Of a stretch of 64,000 bases of DNA, positions 17,812-30,476 are shown in pieces. The notes under the pieces are model-generated. The model did no database searches and had not been told where the DNA came from. It was given only the letters and a program-made list of their open reading frames with translations. Numbering within the stretch: position 1 is the stretch's first letter; each line of letters begins with the position of its first letter. The translations under genes and the position numbers were made by a program. Source of the stretch: a candidate division WWE3 bacterium UBA1379 (GTDB lineage Bacteria > Patescibacteriota > WWE3 > UBA101185 > UBA10185); assembly GCA_002305475.1 (NCBI GenBank), contig DBRB01000003.1, positions 13,360 to 77,359 on the forward strand. The letters run 5' to 3'.

Positions 17812-20400
17812 TTATTCTTCGCCGTTTCCGTTACCTTCCGGTTCATCTTCTAGCAAAGCTACAGAGGTTACTCGATCACCCTCATCAATTCTGATCAGAC
17901 GTACACCCACAGTTGCTCTTCCCAGTTTTGGAACCTGAGAGCTTGATAATCTGATCACTTTTCCACTGGTAGTGGCAATCAGAAGATCACTCTTTGTATC
18001 GTGAGCCTGCCCTCTTGCGGTAACCAGTTGTCCGGTTTTTTCCGTTACCTTATAAGTAAGAATACCCGATCCTCCCCTATTTTGTACTTTATATTCACTC
18101 AAAGAAGTTCTCTTGCCAAATCCCCGGGAAGTTACGACCAATAGATCCATTTTTGTACTGCTTTTGGGAATTATTACGGTACCTACAACACAATCACCCT
18201 CTTTAGCCAATCTGATCCCTGTCACACCGGCAGCGGCTCTTCCCATCGGTCTGACATCATCCTCACTGAATCTGATCGACTGTCCCTGAGATGTAGTTAA
18301 GAGAATATCATCCGTACCGCTGGAAAATCCTACACTGGTAAGATAATCATCTGATGCCAGTTTTATTGCTAGAATACCGTTGCTTCGAATATTGGCGAAC
18401 TCTTCTAGTGAAGTCTTTTTTACCTGCCCCTTTTGAGTAACAAATACCACGTATCCTTCTCCACTATCCAGAGTATCTGCAGATATGGTCAAAAATTCTT
18501 CGACTTTTTCACGTTGTGAAATATTTAAAAAGTTTACAAGAGCAGTTCCTTTAGCCGTTCTTGAGCTTTCAGGTATTTCCCATATTCTTAATTTATAAAC
18601 CTTTCCTGTATTGGTAAAGAAGAATGCATAGTCATGTGTGGAACAGGTCTTTATTGTTGCAACCTCATCTTCTTCTCGTAGAGTCTGACCACTGATACCT
18701 TTACCTCCCCTGCTCTGTTTTCGGTAGGTATCTTCCTTAAGTCTTTTGATATATCCGTTTTCACTGATAGTGATGATACATGTTTCATCTACTACCAAAT
18801 CTTCTTCAGTTAATTCTCCGACCTTACCTTTTACAACTTTGGTTCTTCTGGTATCACCGTATTGTTCTTTCAATTCGATCATCCCATTTTTTACGATTTC
18901 AATTACTCTTTGTGGGGAAACTAAGATATCTTCGTAATCCTTGATGGTAAGCTGAATCTGCTTTAATTCATCCTCAATTTTCTGTCTTTCCAGTGCTGCC
19001 AGTCTTCTTAATTGCATGTCCAGGATTGCCTGAGCCTGTATCTCGGATAGTCCGAATTTTTCCATTAAACCAGTCTTTGCAGTATCTACATCCTTACTGC
19101 TTCTGATTAGCTTAATAACGGCATCCAGGTTATCAAGGGCTATTTTTAACCCAAGTAGGATATGTTCTCTTTCTTTTGCTTTTTTGAGTAAATATATTGT
19201 TCTTCTGACAACAATTTGCTGTCTATGCTTTATAAATTCTTCAAGAATTGTTTTTAATGGCATTAGCTTCGGTTCATTGTCCAGTAATGCCACCATATTT
19301 GCGTTAAAAGTATTTTGCAAAGAGGTATATTTATATAATTGGTTTTCGATTTTTTTCGGAACCGCCTCTTTTTTGAGTTCAATTACTACTCTAATACCCA
19401 ATCTGTTTGATTCGTCCCGCAAATCTGAGATGCCGTCTATCTTTTTATCTTTCACCAGGTCTGCAATTTTGGATACCAAAGTGGCTTTGTTAATCTGATA
19501 TGGGATTTCCGATACGATAATTCTGGTTTTCCCCTTTTTATCTTCTTCAATGTTCACTTTAGCACGAGTAACAACTTTACCCTTTCCGGTAGCATACATC
19601 TGTATTATCTCTTTTTGATCATAAATGATCCCTCCGGTTGGAAAATCCGGTCCTTTTATATACTGAATCAGATCTTCCACGGTGGCATCCGAGGAAAAGT
19701 CAGTTTTTACTATCTGCTCCGGATCATCTTTTTTGGGAGCTGTGCCAATATTATCAGCTTTATCAATCATAAAGATCATCCCATCCACAACTTCACCCAG
19801 GTTATGAGGTGGGATATTTGTTGCCATACCAACGGCAATACCTTGTGATCCGTTTAAAAGAATATTGGGAAGTAATGCAGGAAGATAAGTAGGTTCGTCA
19901 TTCTGGAGGTCATTCATCACAAAATCAACAGTGTCTTTATCTATATCGCCATACAATTCCTCAGCAATCTTTGCCAGCTTTGATTCTGTGTATCTCATGG
20001 CTGCCGGAGGATCTCCGTCGATTGAACCGAAATTACCCTGAGGAACAATTAACGGATATCTCAAGCTGAAATCTTGTCCCATACGAACCAGTGCATCATA
20101 AACAGACATATCACCGTGAGGATGATACTTTTTCAGCACTTCTCCTACCACAGCAGCACATTTATGGAATTTGCTGCTAAAGGTCATTCCCTGATCCTGC
20201 ATAGCGTAAATAATACGTCTGTGAACAGGTTTTAACCCGTCCCGTACATCAGGCAATGCCCTGGATACAATGACGCTCATAGCGTAATCCATATAGGCTT
20301 TTTCCATTTCTTCCGTGATATCTACGGGAAAAATGTTGCTTGGTGCTGGTGTCTTTTCATCTCCGTTTATTAAACTGGTTATACCATTCTTATCAGCCAT
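17812..20400 (-). CDS. gyrA: DNA gyrase subunit A.
   Basis: [29 protein letters not shown] with the active-site Tyr region. An 862-aa protein with C-terminal beta-pinwheel repeats. Confidence 0.95.
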   Translation of the reverse strand: MADKNGITSLINGDEKTPAPSNIFPVDITEEMEKAYMDYAMSVIVSRALPDVRDGLKPVHRRIIYAMQDQGMTFSSKFHKCAAVVGEVLKKYHPHGDMSVYDALVRMGQDFSLRYPLIVPQGNFGSIDGDPPAAMRYTESKLAKIAEELYGDIDKDTVDFVMNDLQNDEPTYLPALLPNILLNGSQGIAVGMATNIPPHNLGEVVDGMIFMIDKADNIGTAPKKDDPEQIVKTDFSSDATVEDLIQYIKGPDFPTGGIIYDQKEIIQMYATGKGKVVTRAKVNIEEDKKGKTRIIVSEIPYQINKATLVSKIADLVKDKKIDGISDLRDESNRLGIRVVIELKKEAVPKKIENQLYKYTSLQNTFNANMVALLDNEPKLMPLKTILEEFIKHRQQIVVRRTIYLLKKAKEREHILLGLKIALDNLDAVIKLIRSSKDVDTAKTGLMEKFGLSEIQAQAILDMQLRRLAALERQKIEDELKQIQLTIKDYEDILVSPQRVIEIVKNGMIELKEQYGDTRRTKVVKGKVGELTEEDLVVDETCIITISENGYIKRLKEDTYRKQSRGGKGISGQTLREEDEVATIKTCSTHDYAFFFTNTGKVYKLRIWEIPESSRTAKGTALVNFLNISQREKVEEFLTISADTLDSGEGYVVFVTQKGQVKKTSLEEFANIRSNGILAIKLASDDYLTSVGFSSGTDDILLTTSQGQSIRFSEDDVRPMGRAAAGVTGIRLAKEGDCVVGTVIIPKSSTKMDLLVVTSRGFGKRTSLSEYKVQNRGGSGILTYKVTEKTGQLVTARGQAHDTKSDLLIATTSGKVIRLSSSQVPKLGRATVGVRLIRIDEGDRVTSVALLEDEPEGNGNGEE

Positions 20401-20534
20401 AGAACTTCATAATATTACCATATTTTAAGGGTTAATGTGTAGGTTTTTATCTAATATTAAAGGAAAAACCACTCCCCTATCCCCTGCTCTATCCATTGTG
20501 TCCCGTTTTTCATTTACAGTCTTGACAATAAAAG

Positions 20535-20562
20535 AACAGGCTTCCGAATCCGAAAGCCTGTT
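20535..20562 (-). terminator. Rho-independent terminator for hppA.
   Basis: A perfect 9-bp stem AACAGGCTT/AAGCCTGTT with a 10-nt loop, lying 25 bp past the hppA stop. The minus strand has a T-run after it (plus-strand CAATAAAAGAAC). Confidence 0.7.
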
Positions 20563-20587
20563 ACCCCGTTTACGTTACGTTTATTGC

Positions 20588-22612
20588 TTAGGCACCGATC
20601 AAAGCCATGACCAGAGGGGCTACCAAAAGAGCCACAATCTGGACAATCTTCATCATCGGGTTAAGAGCCGGACCTGAGGTATCTTTTAATGGATCTCCCA
20701 CAGTGTCACCTACAACTGCTGCTTTGTGCGATACTCCGCCTTTTCCGCCGAAGTTACCGTCTTCAACATACTTTTTAGCGTTATCCCATGCACCGCCGGT
20801 ATTACACATGAAAAATGCCAGCATTAATCCGACTACCACCGTACCGCCCAAAAATCCTCCCAGGGATTCTGCGCCTAAAAGACCTGCAACTACAGGAGCA
20901 AGTACTACTATAAGTGCTGGTATTACCAGCTCTTTCTGAGCAGCAGAAGTGACAATATCCACTGCTTTTGAGTAATCAGGTTTGTTAGTTCCTTCCATGA
21001 TTCCGGGTATTTCTCTGAATTGTCTTCTTACTTCTTCAACCACGCTAAATGCTGCACGGCCTACTGAACCGACTAATCTGGAGCTGAACAGGAAGGGTAA
21101 TGCGCCACCCAAAAGCACTCCTACAAATACTTTCGGTTCGGCAATATCAATGGTTGATAATCCGGTGGTTTCAAAGTATGTAGCAAACAAAGAGCTTGCT
21201 GCAACTGCAGCGGATCCGACTGCAAATCCCTTTGTTAAGGCTTTTGTAGTATTACCTACAGCATCAAGACCGCTGGTAACTTCAGCTGCTTTACCTGATA
21301 AACCTCCCATTTCTACCAGTCCCTGAGCATTATCGGAGATTGGTCCGAATGTATCCAATGCCATGATAATTCCGGTGGTAGCAAGCATACCCATACCAAC
21401 TAATGAAATTCCGTAAAAACCAAGTAGTGAATATCCGACCATGATTGAAATGGCAACAACCACCACGGATACAAAGGTGGATTCCATTCCGTATCCCAGA
21501 CCTGAAATCAGGTTAGTTCCCGCACCGGTCTGAGAGGATGATGCAATAGCCACAACTGGCTTTTCCCCGGGTCCGGTGTAGTACTTAGTGATATACAAAA
21601 GAGCCATCATGGCCACAATACCTGCAATTGCCGCATATCCTGCCCTTGGTTCTTGTAATAAGTACACTGCCAGTCCTATGAATATTACGATGGCAGAAGC
21701 TGCGGAAATAATAAATCCTCTGATTAAAGGTTTAATAGGATCTTCCTGGTCATTTTTTGCCTTAACGAAAAATGTTCCAAGAATAGAGGTAATGATGGCA
21801 CCTGATCGTGCTAGAAGCGGGAAAACCACTCCGGGAAGACCGAACAAAGCACCTCCTAAAATCATAGCGGCAACAATCGTTAATGCATAAGATTCAAAGA
21901 CATCTGCTGCCATACCGGCACAGTCTCCGACATTATCTCCTACATTATCGGCAATCACGGCAGGATTTCTGGGATCATCTTCAGGAATCCCCTGCTCTAC
22001 TTTACCAACTAGATCAGCACCTACATCAGCGGCTTTAGTGAAAATCCCACCTCCGACTCTCATAAAAAGTGCTAACAGTGCAGCACCAAAACCGTATCCG
22101 ACTAAAACATCGGTAGCATGTTCAGCTACAGCTTCAGCACCTTCTGATATAAAGGAAAAATAAGACCAAACGTAGATTAAGGAAACACCTAAAAGTCCCA
22201 GACCTACCACCAGCATTCCATTGACCGTACCAGCCCCGAATGCCACTTTAAGTGCAGGATTTAATCCTTGTAATGCGCTATTTGCAGTTCTGACGTTTGC
22301 TTTAACAGCAACCCACATCCCTGCGTAACCGATAATTCCGCTGAATACAGCACCTAATAAAAAGGTAGCAGCAGTACCAATATTGATTCCTATGGCAATT
22401 AGAACTGTCAAAACTGCCATGATAGGTATAACTATTTTAAACTGGCGTCTTAAATACGCCATTGCACCGTCACTGATTGCTGTTGCAATATTTTGTAACT
22501 CCTGGCTTCCGGCATCCTGTTTAACAATTTGTTTAACAAGGTAATAGCCGTAAGCTAAAGCAATCAAGGCGGTCAAAGGAGCAGTGAAGAGTGCGATTAG
22601 TTGTATGTCCAT
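20588..22612 (-). CDS. hppA: Membrane-bound proton-translocating pyrophosphatase, probably the K+-independent type. The start is refined to MDIQL; the track ORF extends to 22696.
   Basis: Diagnostic motifs GDNVGDCAGMAADVFESY and VGDTVGDPLKDTSGPALN. GNTTKA carries Lys at the K+-dependence position. An AAGGAGG RBS lies 6 nt before the ATG at 22610-22612. Confidence 0.9.
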   Translation of the reverse strand: MDIQLIALFTAPLTALIALAYGYYLVKQIVKQDAGSQELQNIATAISDGAMAYLRRQFKIVIPIMAVLTVLIAIGINIGTAATFLLGAVFSGIIGYAGMWVAVKANVRTANSALQGLNPALKVAFGAGTVNGMLVVGLGLLGVSLIYVWSYFSFISEGAEAVAEHATDVLVGYGFGAALLALFMRVGGGIFTKAADVGADLVGKVEQGIPEDDPRNPAVIADNVGDNVGDCAGMAADVFESYALTIVAAMILGGALFGLPGVVFPLLARSGAIITSILGTFFVKAKNDQEDPIKPLIRGFIISAASAIVIFIGLAVYLLQEPRAGYAAIAGIVAMMALLYITKYYTGPGEKPVVAIASSSQTGAGTNLISGLGYGMESTFVSVVVVAISIMVGYSLLGFYGISLVGMGMLATTGIIMALDTFGPISDNAQGLVEMGGLSGKAAEVTSGLDAVGNTTKALTKGFAVGSAAVAASSLFATYFETTGLSTIDIAEPKVFVGVLLGGALPFLFSSRLVGSVGRAAFSVVEEVRRQFREIPGIMEGTNKPDYSKAVDIVTSAAQKELVIPALIVVLAPVVAGLLGAESLGGFLGGTVVVGLMLAFFMCNTGGAWDNAKKYVEDGNFGGKGGVSHKAAVVGDTVGDPLKDTSGPALNPMMKIVQIVALLVAPLVMALIGA

Positions 22613-22770
22613 GTCATACCTCCTTTTTTCCTTACGGAAATACTCTAAATAAAATAAATAAAATTCTCGGACTTTATGCCCGAGGTAATTTCCCAAAACT
22701 GGAAAATATTAGCAGTGTCATTATACATTAGGATGGCTGAATATCAACATAAAACAAGATGGAAAGAAAA

Positions 22771-22795
22771 AACCCGGCTTTAAAACCGGGTTTTT
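22771..22795. terminator. Bidirectional terminator-like hairpin.
   Basis: AACCCGG-CTTTAAAA-CCGGGTT flanked by an A-run on one side and a T-run on the other. It lies downstream of the minus gene 22834..23088. Confidence 0.6.
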
Positions 22796-22833
22796 CTCAT
22801 ATATGCAATATATCTATTATTTCATTTTGCTTT

Positions 22834-23088
22834 TTAGAAAGCTCTGGACAGTGCTCTACCAATCAGTATAAGCACTACTGCTCCGATCAGGGCTACTATA
22901 ATGCTGTATATATTAAAACCAGTAACCCCCGGCTGACCAAAAAAATCCATCAGCAGTCCTCCGGTTAAAGCTCCCAGCGTACCTAGGATGATATCTCCTA
23001 AGAGTCCCTGCTGCGAATTAGTTTTCATCAGTACGGAGGCCAGCCAGCCCACTAAGGCTCCGAAAATTAAGAATACTATGATGTTCAT
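22834..23088 (-). CDS. GlsB/YeaQ/YmgE-family small membrane protein.
   Basis: An 84-aa protein with two to three glycine-rich TM helices: MNIIVFLIFGALVGWLASVLM...GDIILGTLGALTGGLLMDFFG. Confidence 0.6.
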   Translation of the reverse strand: MNIIVFLIFGALVGWLASVLMKTNSQQGLLGDIILGTLGALTGGLLMDFFGQPGVTGFNIYSIIVALIGAVVLILIGRALSRAF

Positions 23089-23240
23089 TCACATCACCTC
23101 CTTCGCCTTATATCCATCCTATGAAAACCTATTTAAATACCAATTAGAGGATTGTAATTGAACTGTAAGGTCAGCGGATTTAATAAACTACATATAGATA
23201 ACTATTGAAATATTAATCATGATTAAGTATATTCAATCGT

Positions 23241-23450
23241 ATGGATATAGAATTGGTGTTGAAGGTTCGAAAAATAATTCATGATATTAATTCCCCCCTT
23301 ACTTCCGTAATTGGGTATTCTCAGTTGCTTGAACGAAAACTTCCTGAAGGAAAAGAAAAAGAGTGGTCGCGGAAACTTCATGAAGATTCACTAAGATTAA
23401 AAGATTTAATGCTTGAGTTATCTGATACTGTACCCAAACCCTCTGATTGA
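23241..23450 (+). CDS. Orphan 69-aa HisKA (dimerisation/phospho-acceptor) domain protein with no ATPase domain.
   Basis: The H-box HDINSPLTSVIGYSQLL has the conserved His, and a second helix follows. It overlaps the 3' end of the convergent OmpR regulator by 33 bp. Confidence 0.4.
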   Translation: MDIELVLKVRKIIHDINSPLTSVIGYSQLLERKLPEGKEKEWSRKLHEDSLRLKDLMLELSDTVPKPSD

Positions 23451-24086
23451 ATGGATTAGTTTCTTTTTGAATCCCTTATCCACTTTTTTTCTCAGATAGC
23501 TTATATATACATCCACTACTCTTGTTTCAATATCAAATGAATTCGGCCAGATTCTGTTTAACAGTGTTTCTCTGGATAATACCTTTTCCCTGTTGTTCAT
23601 TAAATGTTCCAGAAGTTTGTATTCCTGCGGTGTAAGCTCAATTTTTCTTGATCCCCGTTTGACCTCCATAGTATCCGTATTGATCTGAAGGTCTTCCACT
23701 TTAAGTATATTATTTTCCGGTTGGTTCTCTTTTAGGCGTGCCTTTACCCTCAGCAAAAGTTCTTCTGAGATAAACGGTTTAGTAACGTAATCATCTGCTC
23801 CGGTTTCAAAAGCATTAATTTTATCCATAGGAGTATTCTTACCGGTTAGAATAATAATAGGTAAAGTCGGCCATTCCTTTTTAATCTGCATCAGAACAGA
23901 CTCACCTTTTACCAGAGGAAGTCCCAGATCCAAAATTACTAGATCAGGTCTGATTCGTTCAATTACTTCCACGGCTTTGGTTCCATCATCCAGAGTTTTA
24001 ACGGAATAACTTTCTTCGACGAATAATTCTTTCAGGTATTCCTGGAGATTCTTATCGTCTTCGATTACTAGAAGTGTTTTGTTCAT
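23418..24086 (-). CDS. OmpR/PhoB-family response regulator (receiver plus winged-helix DNA-binding domain).
   Basis: Receiver LLVIEDD...LVILDLGLP...IIILTGK. The trans_reg_C domain is LTPQEYKLLEHLMNNREKVLSRETLLNRIW...VDVYISYLRKKV...IRGFGY. Confidence 0.9.
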   Translation of the reverse strand: MNKTLLVIEDDKNLQEYLKELFVEESYSVKTLDDGTKAVEVIERIRPDLVILDLGLPLVKGESVLMQIKKEWPTLPIIILTGKNTPMDKINAFETGADDYVTKPFISEELLLRVKARLKENQPENNILKVEDLQINTDTMEVKRGSRKIELTPQEYKLLEHLMNNREKVLSRETLLNRIWPNSFDIETRVVDVYISYLRKKVDKGFKKKLIHSIRGFGYSIR

Positions 24087-24152
24087 AGGCGCATAATATT
24101 ACAATAAATAGTTAATTTCAATTTTATACAGACTTTAATCTTTCAATATATT

Positions 24153-24183
24153 CATATAAAAACACATCCCCAATAACGGGGAT
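24153..24183 (-). terminator. Terminator hairpin between the histidine-kinase and response-regulator genes.
   Basis: ATCCCC-AATAAC-GGGGAT (24166-24183). On the minus strand a T-run follows (plus-strand AAAAACA at 24154-24160). Confidence 0.55.
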
Positions 24184-24440
24184 ATGTTTCTGGTCGCTCT
24201 ATATTTTTTATAGGTAATATTAATTACCATGGTATCTCTCGACACCTTTTATATGCTCTCACTTCCTTGCTGAGAACACATCATCGTAAAGTTGATGTAT
24301 CTCAACCGTACATTTGAAAAATGCGGTTAAGCAGATTTCATCTGTATAGTGAAGATTATCTATATGTTAAAAGCACTGAATTAAGGTGGTGTGATACAAA
24401 TGTTAAAAATATGTTATAAAGGAAACGTTGTTATAGCGCA

Positions 24441-26087
24441 TTATTTCAGGCATGGTAGAAAAACATAGAAGGTACTGCCTTCGCCCAGATCACTTTCCAC
24501 CCAGATATTTCCTTTATGAGCGGAAGCTATTGCTTTTGAAATAAACAACCCCAAACCCAATCCGAAAGTTTTTTGAGTATTTCCTCCGTTTGCCCGGTAG
24601 AAAAGATCAAAAATATGGTTGAGATGCTTTTTCTCTATTCCGATTCCGAAATCTCTGATGGAAATTGTTATGCCACTTTTATCTAGTGATGTGTTAATGA
24701 CCACTTTATCCGCATTCTCAGAATATTTAATTGCATTGTTTAGCAGATTCGATAAAAGATGCGAGATTCTTTTTTCGTCAACATCAACTATACAATCCTC
24801 TTTATTTTCATATATTATTTGGTGGGTGGGATTAATAGGTTGAATGGTGCTGATTACTTTTTTCACCACATCTTTAATATTGATTTTCTGGGTATTAATT
24901 TCCAGACCTCCCGATTTAATTTTTGTAACGTCCAGAAGATCATTTACCAGATCGGACATATCATCAGTTAAGGTATTAATTTTATCGAGATATTCCACAA
25001 ATTCCTCAAGCTCAAGTTTTTTTGCTTTCTGGGTCATGATCTGTGTAAATGCTTTTACTCCGGTCAATGGTGTTTTTAATTCATGGGTTGCGATACCCAT
25101 CCATAAGTCTTTTTGTTTTTCCATGTAGTATCGTTCTGTGACATCCCTTACTATTCCGATTCGTTCTATTGTGCCATCCTGATGCTGAATGGTTTTTTCC
25201 ATTACTTCCCCTACCAGATCTTCATCTCCCTGTTTTTCAATATTAGCTTCCAGAAATACTTCACCTCCGGAGTTTCTTTGTTCATCCAGTAGGTGTTTAA
25301 CATGCGTCCTATCATCCGGACAAATAATACTGATAAAAGGTTTTCCGATCAGATGCTCCCTTTTCACACCTGTAAGAACTTCCGCAGTAGGATTAAGAGA
25401 AGTAATGATGTTTTTTTCATTTAATGTATAGACCATTGCCGGTGCGACTTCAGCTAAGGTCTTTGATCTTTCTTCACTATGCAGAAGCTTAATATCCGTT
25501 TTTACTTTTTTAATATAGTGGCTGATGTGGGTTTCTAGGATTTTGGTTATTTCCATCAGTTCTTTATCTGATTTTGATCGTTTATTGCCGAGGAATTCAA
25601 TTGCTCCTTGTACTTCTTTACCTACATATAAAGGTACAACAAATGCGGTATTTAAATTCAGACTTCTTGCGGGAATAGCCCGGGCTTTACTGGCAGTGTG
25701 GGTAAAGTTTCCAGTCCATTTCGGTTTTCTGGTAAGTACCGCTTTTCCGATACTGCCTTCGCCGGGAGTAAACACGCGTTGTTTAGTGGCTCTTATAAAC
25801 TCAGTATTCTCAAATTCAGGTAAATACCAACCGGTTGTATAAACAATGTTGCTATCATCTCCGCACATCCATAAAAAGACGCTCTTCCATCGATAACTTT
25901 TGCCCAGGATTTTAATAATCCTGTTAAGAGTATCCTCCATGTTGCTGCCATAAGCGAAAGCTTTGGTAATCTGACTGAGAATTCGGAGTTTCTTTTTGGC
26001 ATTTTTCAGCTCGACAATACTAGAGTGTTCGTCTTTCTTTTTTGTCCCCTCAATATTTTGACGAGCTTTCAGATCTGTTAAGCTCAT
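24441..26087 (-). CDS. Cytoplasmic sensor histidine kinase (GAF plus PAS plus HisKA plus HATPase_c), with no TM segment.
   Basis: H-box IATHELKTPLTGVKAFTQIM, N-box NLLNNAIKYS, G1 IRDFGIGI and G2 GLGLGLFISK. The N-terminal 180 aa are GAF-like, followed by a PAS region (VLTGVKREHLIGKPFISIICPDD). Confidence 0.85.
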   Translation of the reverse strand: MSLTDLKARQNIEGTKKKDEHSSIVELKNAKKKLRILSQITKAFAYGSNMEDTLNRIIKILGKSYRWKSVFLWMCGDDSNIVYTTGWYLPEFENTEFIRATKQRVFTPGEGSIGKAVLTRKPKWTGNFTHTASKARAIPARSLNLNTAFVVPLYVGKEVQGAIEFLGNKRSKSDKELMEITKILETHISHYIKKVKTDIKLLHSEERSKTLAEVAPAMVYTLNEKNIITSLNPTAEVLTGVKREHLIGKPFISIICPDDRTHVKHLLDEQRNSGGEVFLEANIEKQGDEDLVGEVMEKTIQHQDGTIERIGIVRDVTERYYMEKQKDLWMGIATHELKTPLTGVKAFTQIMTQKAKKLELEEFVEYLDKINTLTDDMSDLVNDLLDVTKIKSGGLEINTQKINIKDVVKKVISTIQPINPTHQIIYENKEDCIVDVDEKRISHLLSNLLNNAIKYSENADKVVINTSLDKSGITISIRDFGIGIEKKHLNHIFDLFYRANGGNTQKTFGLGLGLFISKAIASAHKGNIWVESDLGEGSTFYVFLPCLK

Positions 26088-26138
26088 AATTGGAGTTTAC
26101 CACATGATTTTTTATGAATATAGAAATGCGGCATATAA

Positions 26139-26660
26139 CTATATGTTTAATTTCATTTGATCTATATGTTTTGCTCCATGCTTTTCCAAAACATTTTTCA
26201 CTTCTGTTTCATTTCCTGGACTGGGAACCACCATCAATAAAATATCTCCTTGTTTAATTCTTTCTTCCATCACTCTGGCCTGTACATCATCAACACCGAT
26301 ACCTTTTAATGCACCCAGTAGTCCTCCAGCCAAAGCTCCGGTAATTGCTCCTGATGCTGTAGATGCAGCCGCACCAGTGATACCAAAAGCTGCAGCTAGT
26401 GGGCCGGCAATAAACAAAGCACCTATTCCGGGAATCGCTAAAGCACCGATCCCCACCAACAGACCCACAATCCCGCCGACAATTCCTCCTGTTTTTGCTC
26501 CTGTTTTAATATCTTCTCCCGTCTGGCTGTTCATCTTTACATTATCTTCCTTAGTAATCACTGAAACATCTGCTTCCGTGTATCCTGCATTTGCAAGTTC
26601 CTGAAGTGCCATATTTGCAAGTTCCGCACTTCCAAATAGTCCGACAATTGTATCCTTCAT
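26139..26660 (-). CDS. Glycine-zipper membrane/stress protein (YflT/DUF1269-like).
   Basis: An N-terminal soluble domain MKDTIVGLFGSAELANMALQELANAGYTEADVSVI, then a long Gly/Ala-rich segment GGIVGGIVGLLVGIGALAIPGIGALFIAGPLAAAFGITGAAAS. Confidence 0.4.
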   Translation of the reverse strand: MKDTIVGLFGSAELANMALQELANAGYTEADVSVITKEDNVKMNSQTGEDIKTGAKTGGIVGGIVGLLVGIGALAIPGIGALFIAGPLAAAFGITGAAASTASGAITGALAGGLLGALKGIGVDDVQARVMEERIKQGDILLMVVPSPGNETEVKNVLEKHGAKHIDQMKLNI

Positions 26661-26681
26661 ATTAGTCCTCCTTAAATTAAT

Positions 26682-27098
26682 TTAATTTTCATCTGATTGG
26701 ATTTCTTTTCGAAGTGCCGCCAATATATTTTCGATAGTGGCCAGCGCCTCGGCTGAACCATTTCTTAACTGTTGTTCCAGCTGATTTAATTGAAATTCCA
26801 CACTGGGATCAATATTTAATTCTCTTGCTTCCTGTCTGATTTCACTTAATAGATTTCGTGTTTCATCAGTGACGTCATTATTCTGAATATCCGATTCGAT
26901 TTGGATTAATTTTCTTTGTATATCAAGTGTATTAATGGTTTCCTCTATATTCTGTTGCGCCTCTCCGAAAATACTTCCCGCTTCATTTGTTATATTCCGT
27001 CCGGTGCGATTATATGCTTCTACTGCTACCAATATCGCAATGACACTGACGATCAGTGCACCTATGGATAATAACGTATGGGTTGATTTTTGATTCAT
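26682..27098 (-). CDS. Membrane-anchored coiled-coil protein, hypothetical.
   Basis: An N-terminal TM helix (LLSIGALIVSVIAILVAV) and Gln/Glu-rich heptad-like repeats. Confidence 0.45.
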   Translation of the reverse strand: MNQKSTHTLLSIGALIVSVIAILVAVEAYNRTGRNITNEAGSIFGEAQQNIEETINTLDIQRKLIQIESDIQNNDVTDETRNLLSEIRQEARELNIDPSVEFQLNQLEQQLRNGSAEALATIENILAALRKEIQSDEN

Positions 27099-27207
27099 AA
27101 CAACTCACCTCCTCATGGGTTAGGATGGGTTAATAATATAAAGGGATAATTAAAAGGCAGTTTATCAGTTGTTATAACTAAGTTAATGATGAAATGTTGG
27201 ATTAGCG

Positions 27208-27609
27208 TTACTGCTGAGCCTTTGTAAATGAACTGACGGTTTCCACTAGCTCGGTTAGCTCAAATGGTTTTCTGATGTAATCATCGGCTTTACTCTCTTT
27301 TATTTCATCTGTAGAGCAATTGTTTGCAGACATCAAAACGATATTCAGATCTCTGTTTTCGGATTTAAGTATTCTGGCAATTTCTCTGCCATCTTCATTA
27401 CCCAATACAATATCTAAAAGAATTAAATGCGGAGAATAGTTTTTAAGACAGGTCAAAAGAGTCTGTGAATCTTCAAATACCGTTGTCTGATAACCTTCTT
27501 CCTCAAGAATGATTTTTATAGCTTCTTTTATAGATGGATCGTCATCAACAATCCAAACAGTCTTCTTATAGTTAAGATTATTAGAATCCGATTTCATGTC
27601 TGAGCACAT
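27208..27609 (-). CDS. Stand-alone response-regulator receiver domain (Spo0F/CheY-like).
   Basis: VWIVDDD, the phospho-acceptor region LILLDIVLGNEDG, and NIVLMSAN; 133 aa with no output domain. Confidence 0.8.
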   Translation of the reverse strand: MCSDMKSDSNNLNYKKTVWIVDDDPSIKEAIKIILEEEGYQTTVFEDSQTLLTCLKNYSPHLILLDIVLGNEDGREIARILKSENRDLNIVLMSANNCSTDEIKESKADDYIRKPFELTELVETVSSFTKAQQ

Positions 27610-27716
27610 ACTAATAATTTTATTACTCTTTACTTTTTTTCACAGTTAAGAATCTGTTAGAAATATATTAAAGGAGTTTTATCCATTGTAAAAGGTATAG
27701 GTGCAGGAAATAACCT

Positions 27717-29777
<2,061 letters not shown>

Positions 29778-29804
29778 TTATATTATTGTCTAACATTTTA
29801 GTAT

Positions 29805-30476
29805 ATGAATAAAGTACGCCCTGTCCTATTTTTTGTAATTATTCTTGGTTTAATCTCAATATTAGGTATCCTATATATAGTATATTTCAGAGTGGCAGAA
29901 ATTGATCCTAATGCTGCAAATCCATTTGCACAAAAGGTAGACTATGAGAAAATCTTTAAGGATATAAAAGATGAAGATATGATAATAACCTATGTGACTC
30001 CATCTCTCTATCGTGCAGATTCTATTGAGACTAAAGGGATAGTGGTAATTACTACCGGTGAGTTATATGATCTTGATATTCAGGAAGCAAGCAGTGGTAC
30101 AACAATTGCTAAGGCACGGGTGGCGAAAACCGTCACCAAAGATCCGTCAGGAAATATAATTCCGATCGAATGGATCGTTTCATTATATCCAATTGATAAT
30201 AATACAGAAAATTACCTGGACGGAGTATTGAGCAGTTTTCTTACGATAAATAAAAAATCTTCATTGGAAGAGAATTTTATCAATGGAAACTTATGGATAT
30301 TTAGGCCCTACATTCCTTTTGAGAATCTTGAAGTTGATGAAAGACTAAAGAATCTAGCCGTTGCATATTATGGTGATGAGACATTTCTCAGGGATATTTT
30401 TTATGATAAATATTTAAAAGAAATTAAAAAACCGATTATTTTGTCAGGTGTTGATCAATTTCAATCTTATGAATAG
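29805..30476 (+). CDS. Membrane-anchored hypothetical protein.
   Basis: An N-terminal signal-anchor (VLFFVIILGLISILGILYIVYF). The rest has no recognisable motif. Confidence 0.45.
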   Translation: MNKVRPVLFFVIILGLISILGILYIVYFRVAEIDPNAANPFAQKVDYEKIFKDIKDEDMIITYVTPSLYRADSIETKGIVVITTGELYDLDIQEASSGTTIAKARVAKTVTKDPSGNIIPIEWIVSLYPIDNNTENYLDGVLSSFLTINKKSSLEENFINGNLWIFRPYIPFENLEVDERLKNLAVAYYGDETFLRDIFYDKYLKEIKKPIILSGVDQFQSYE

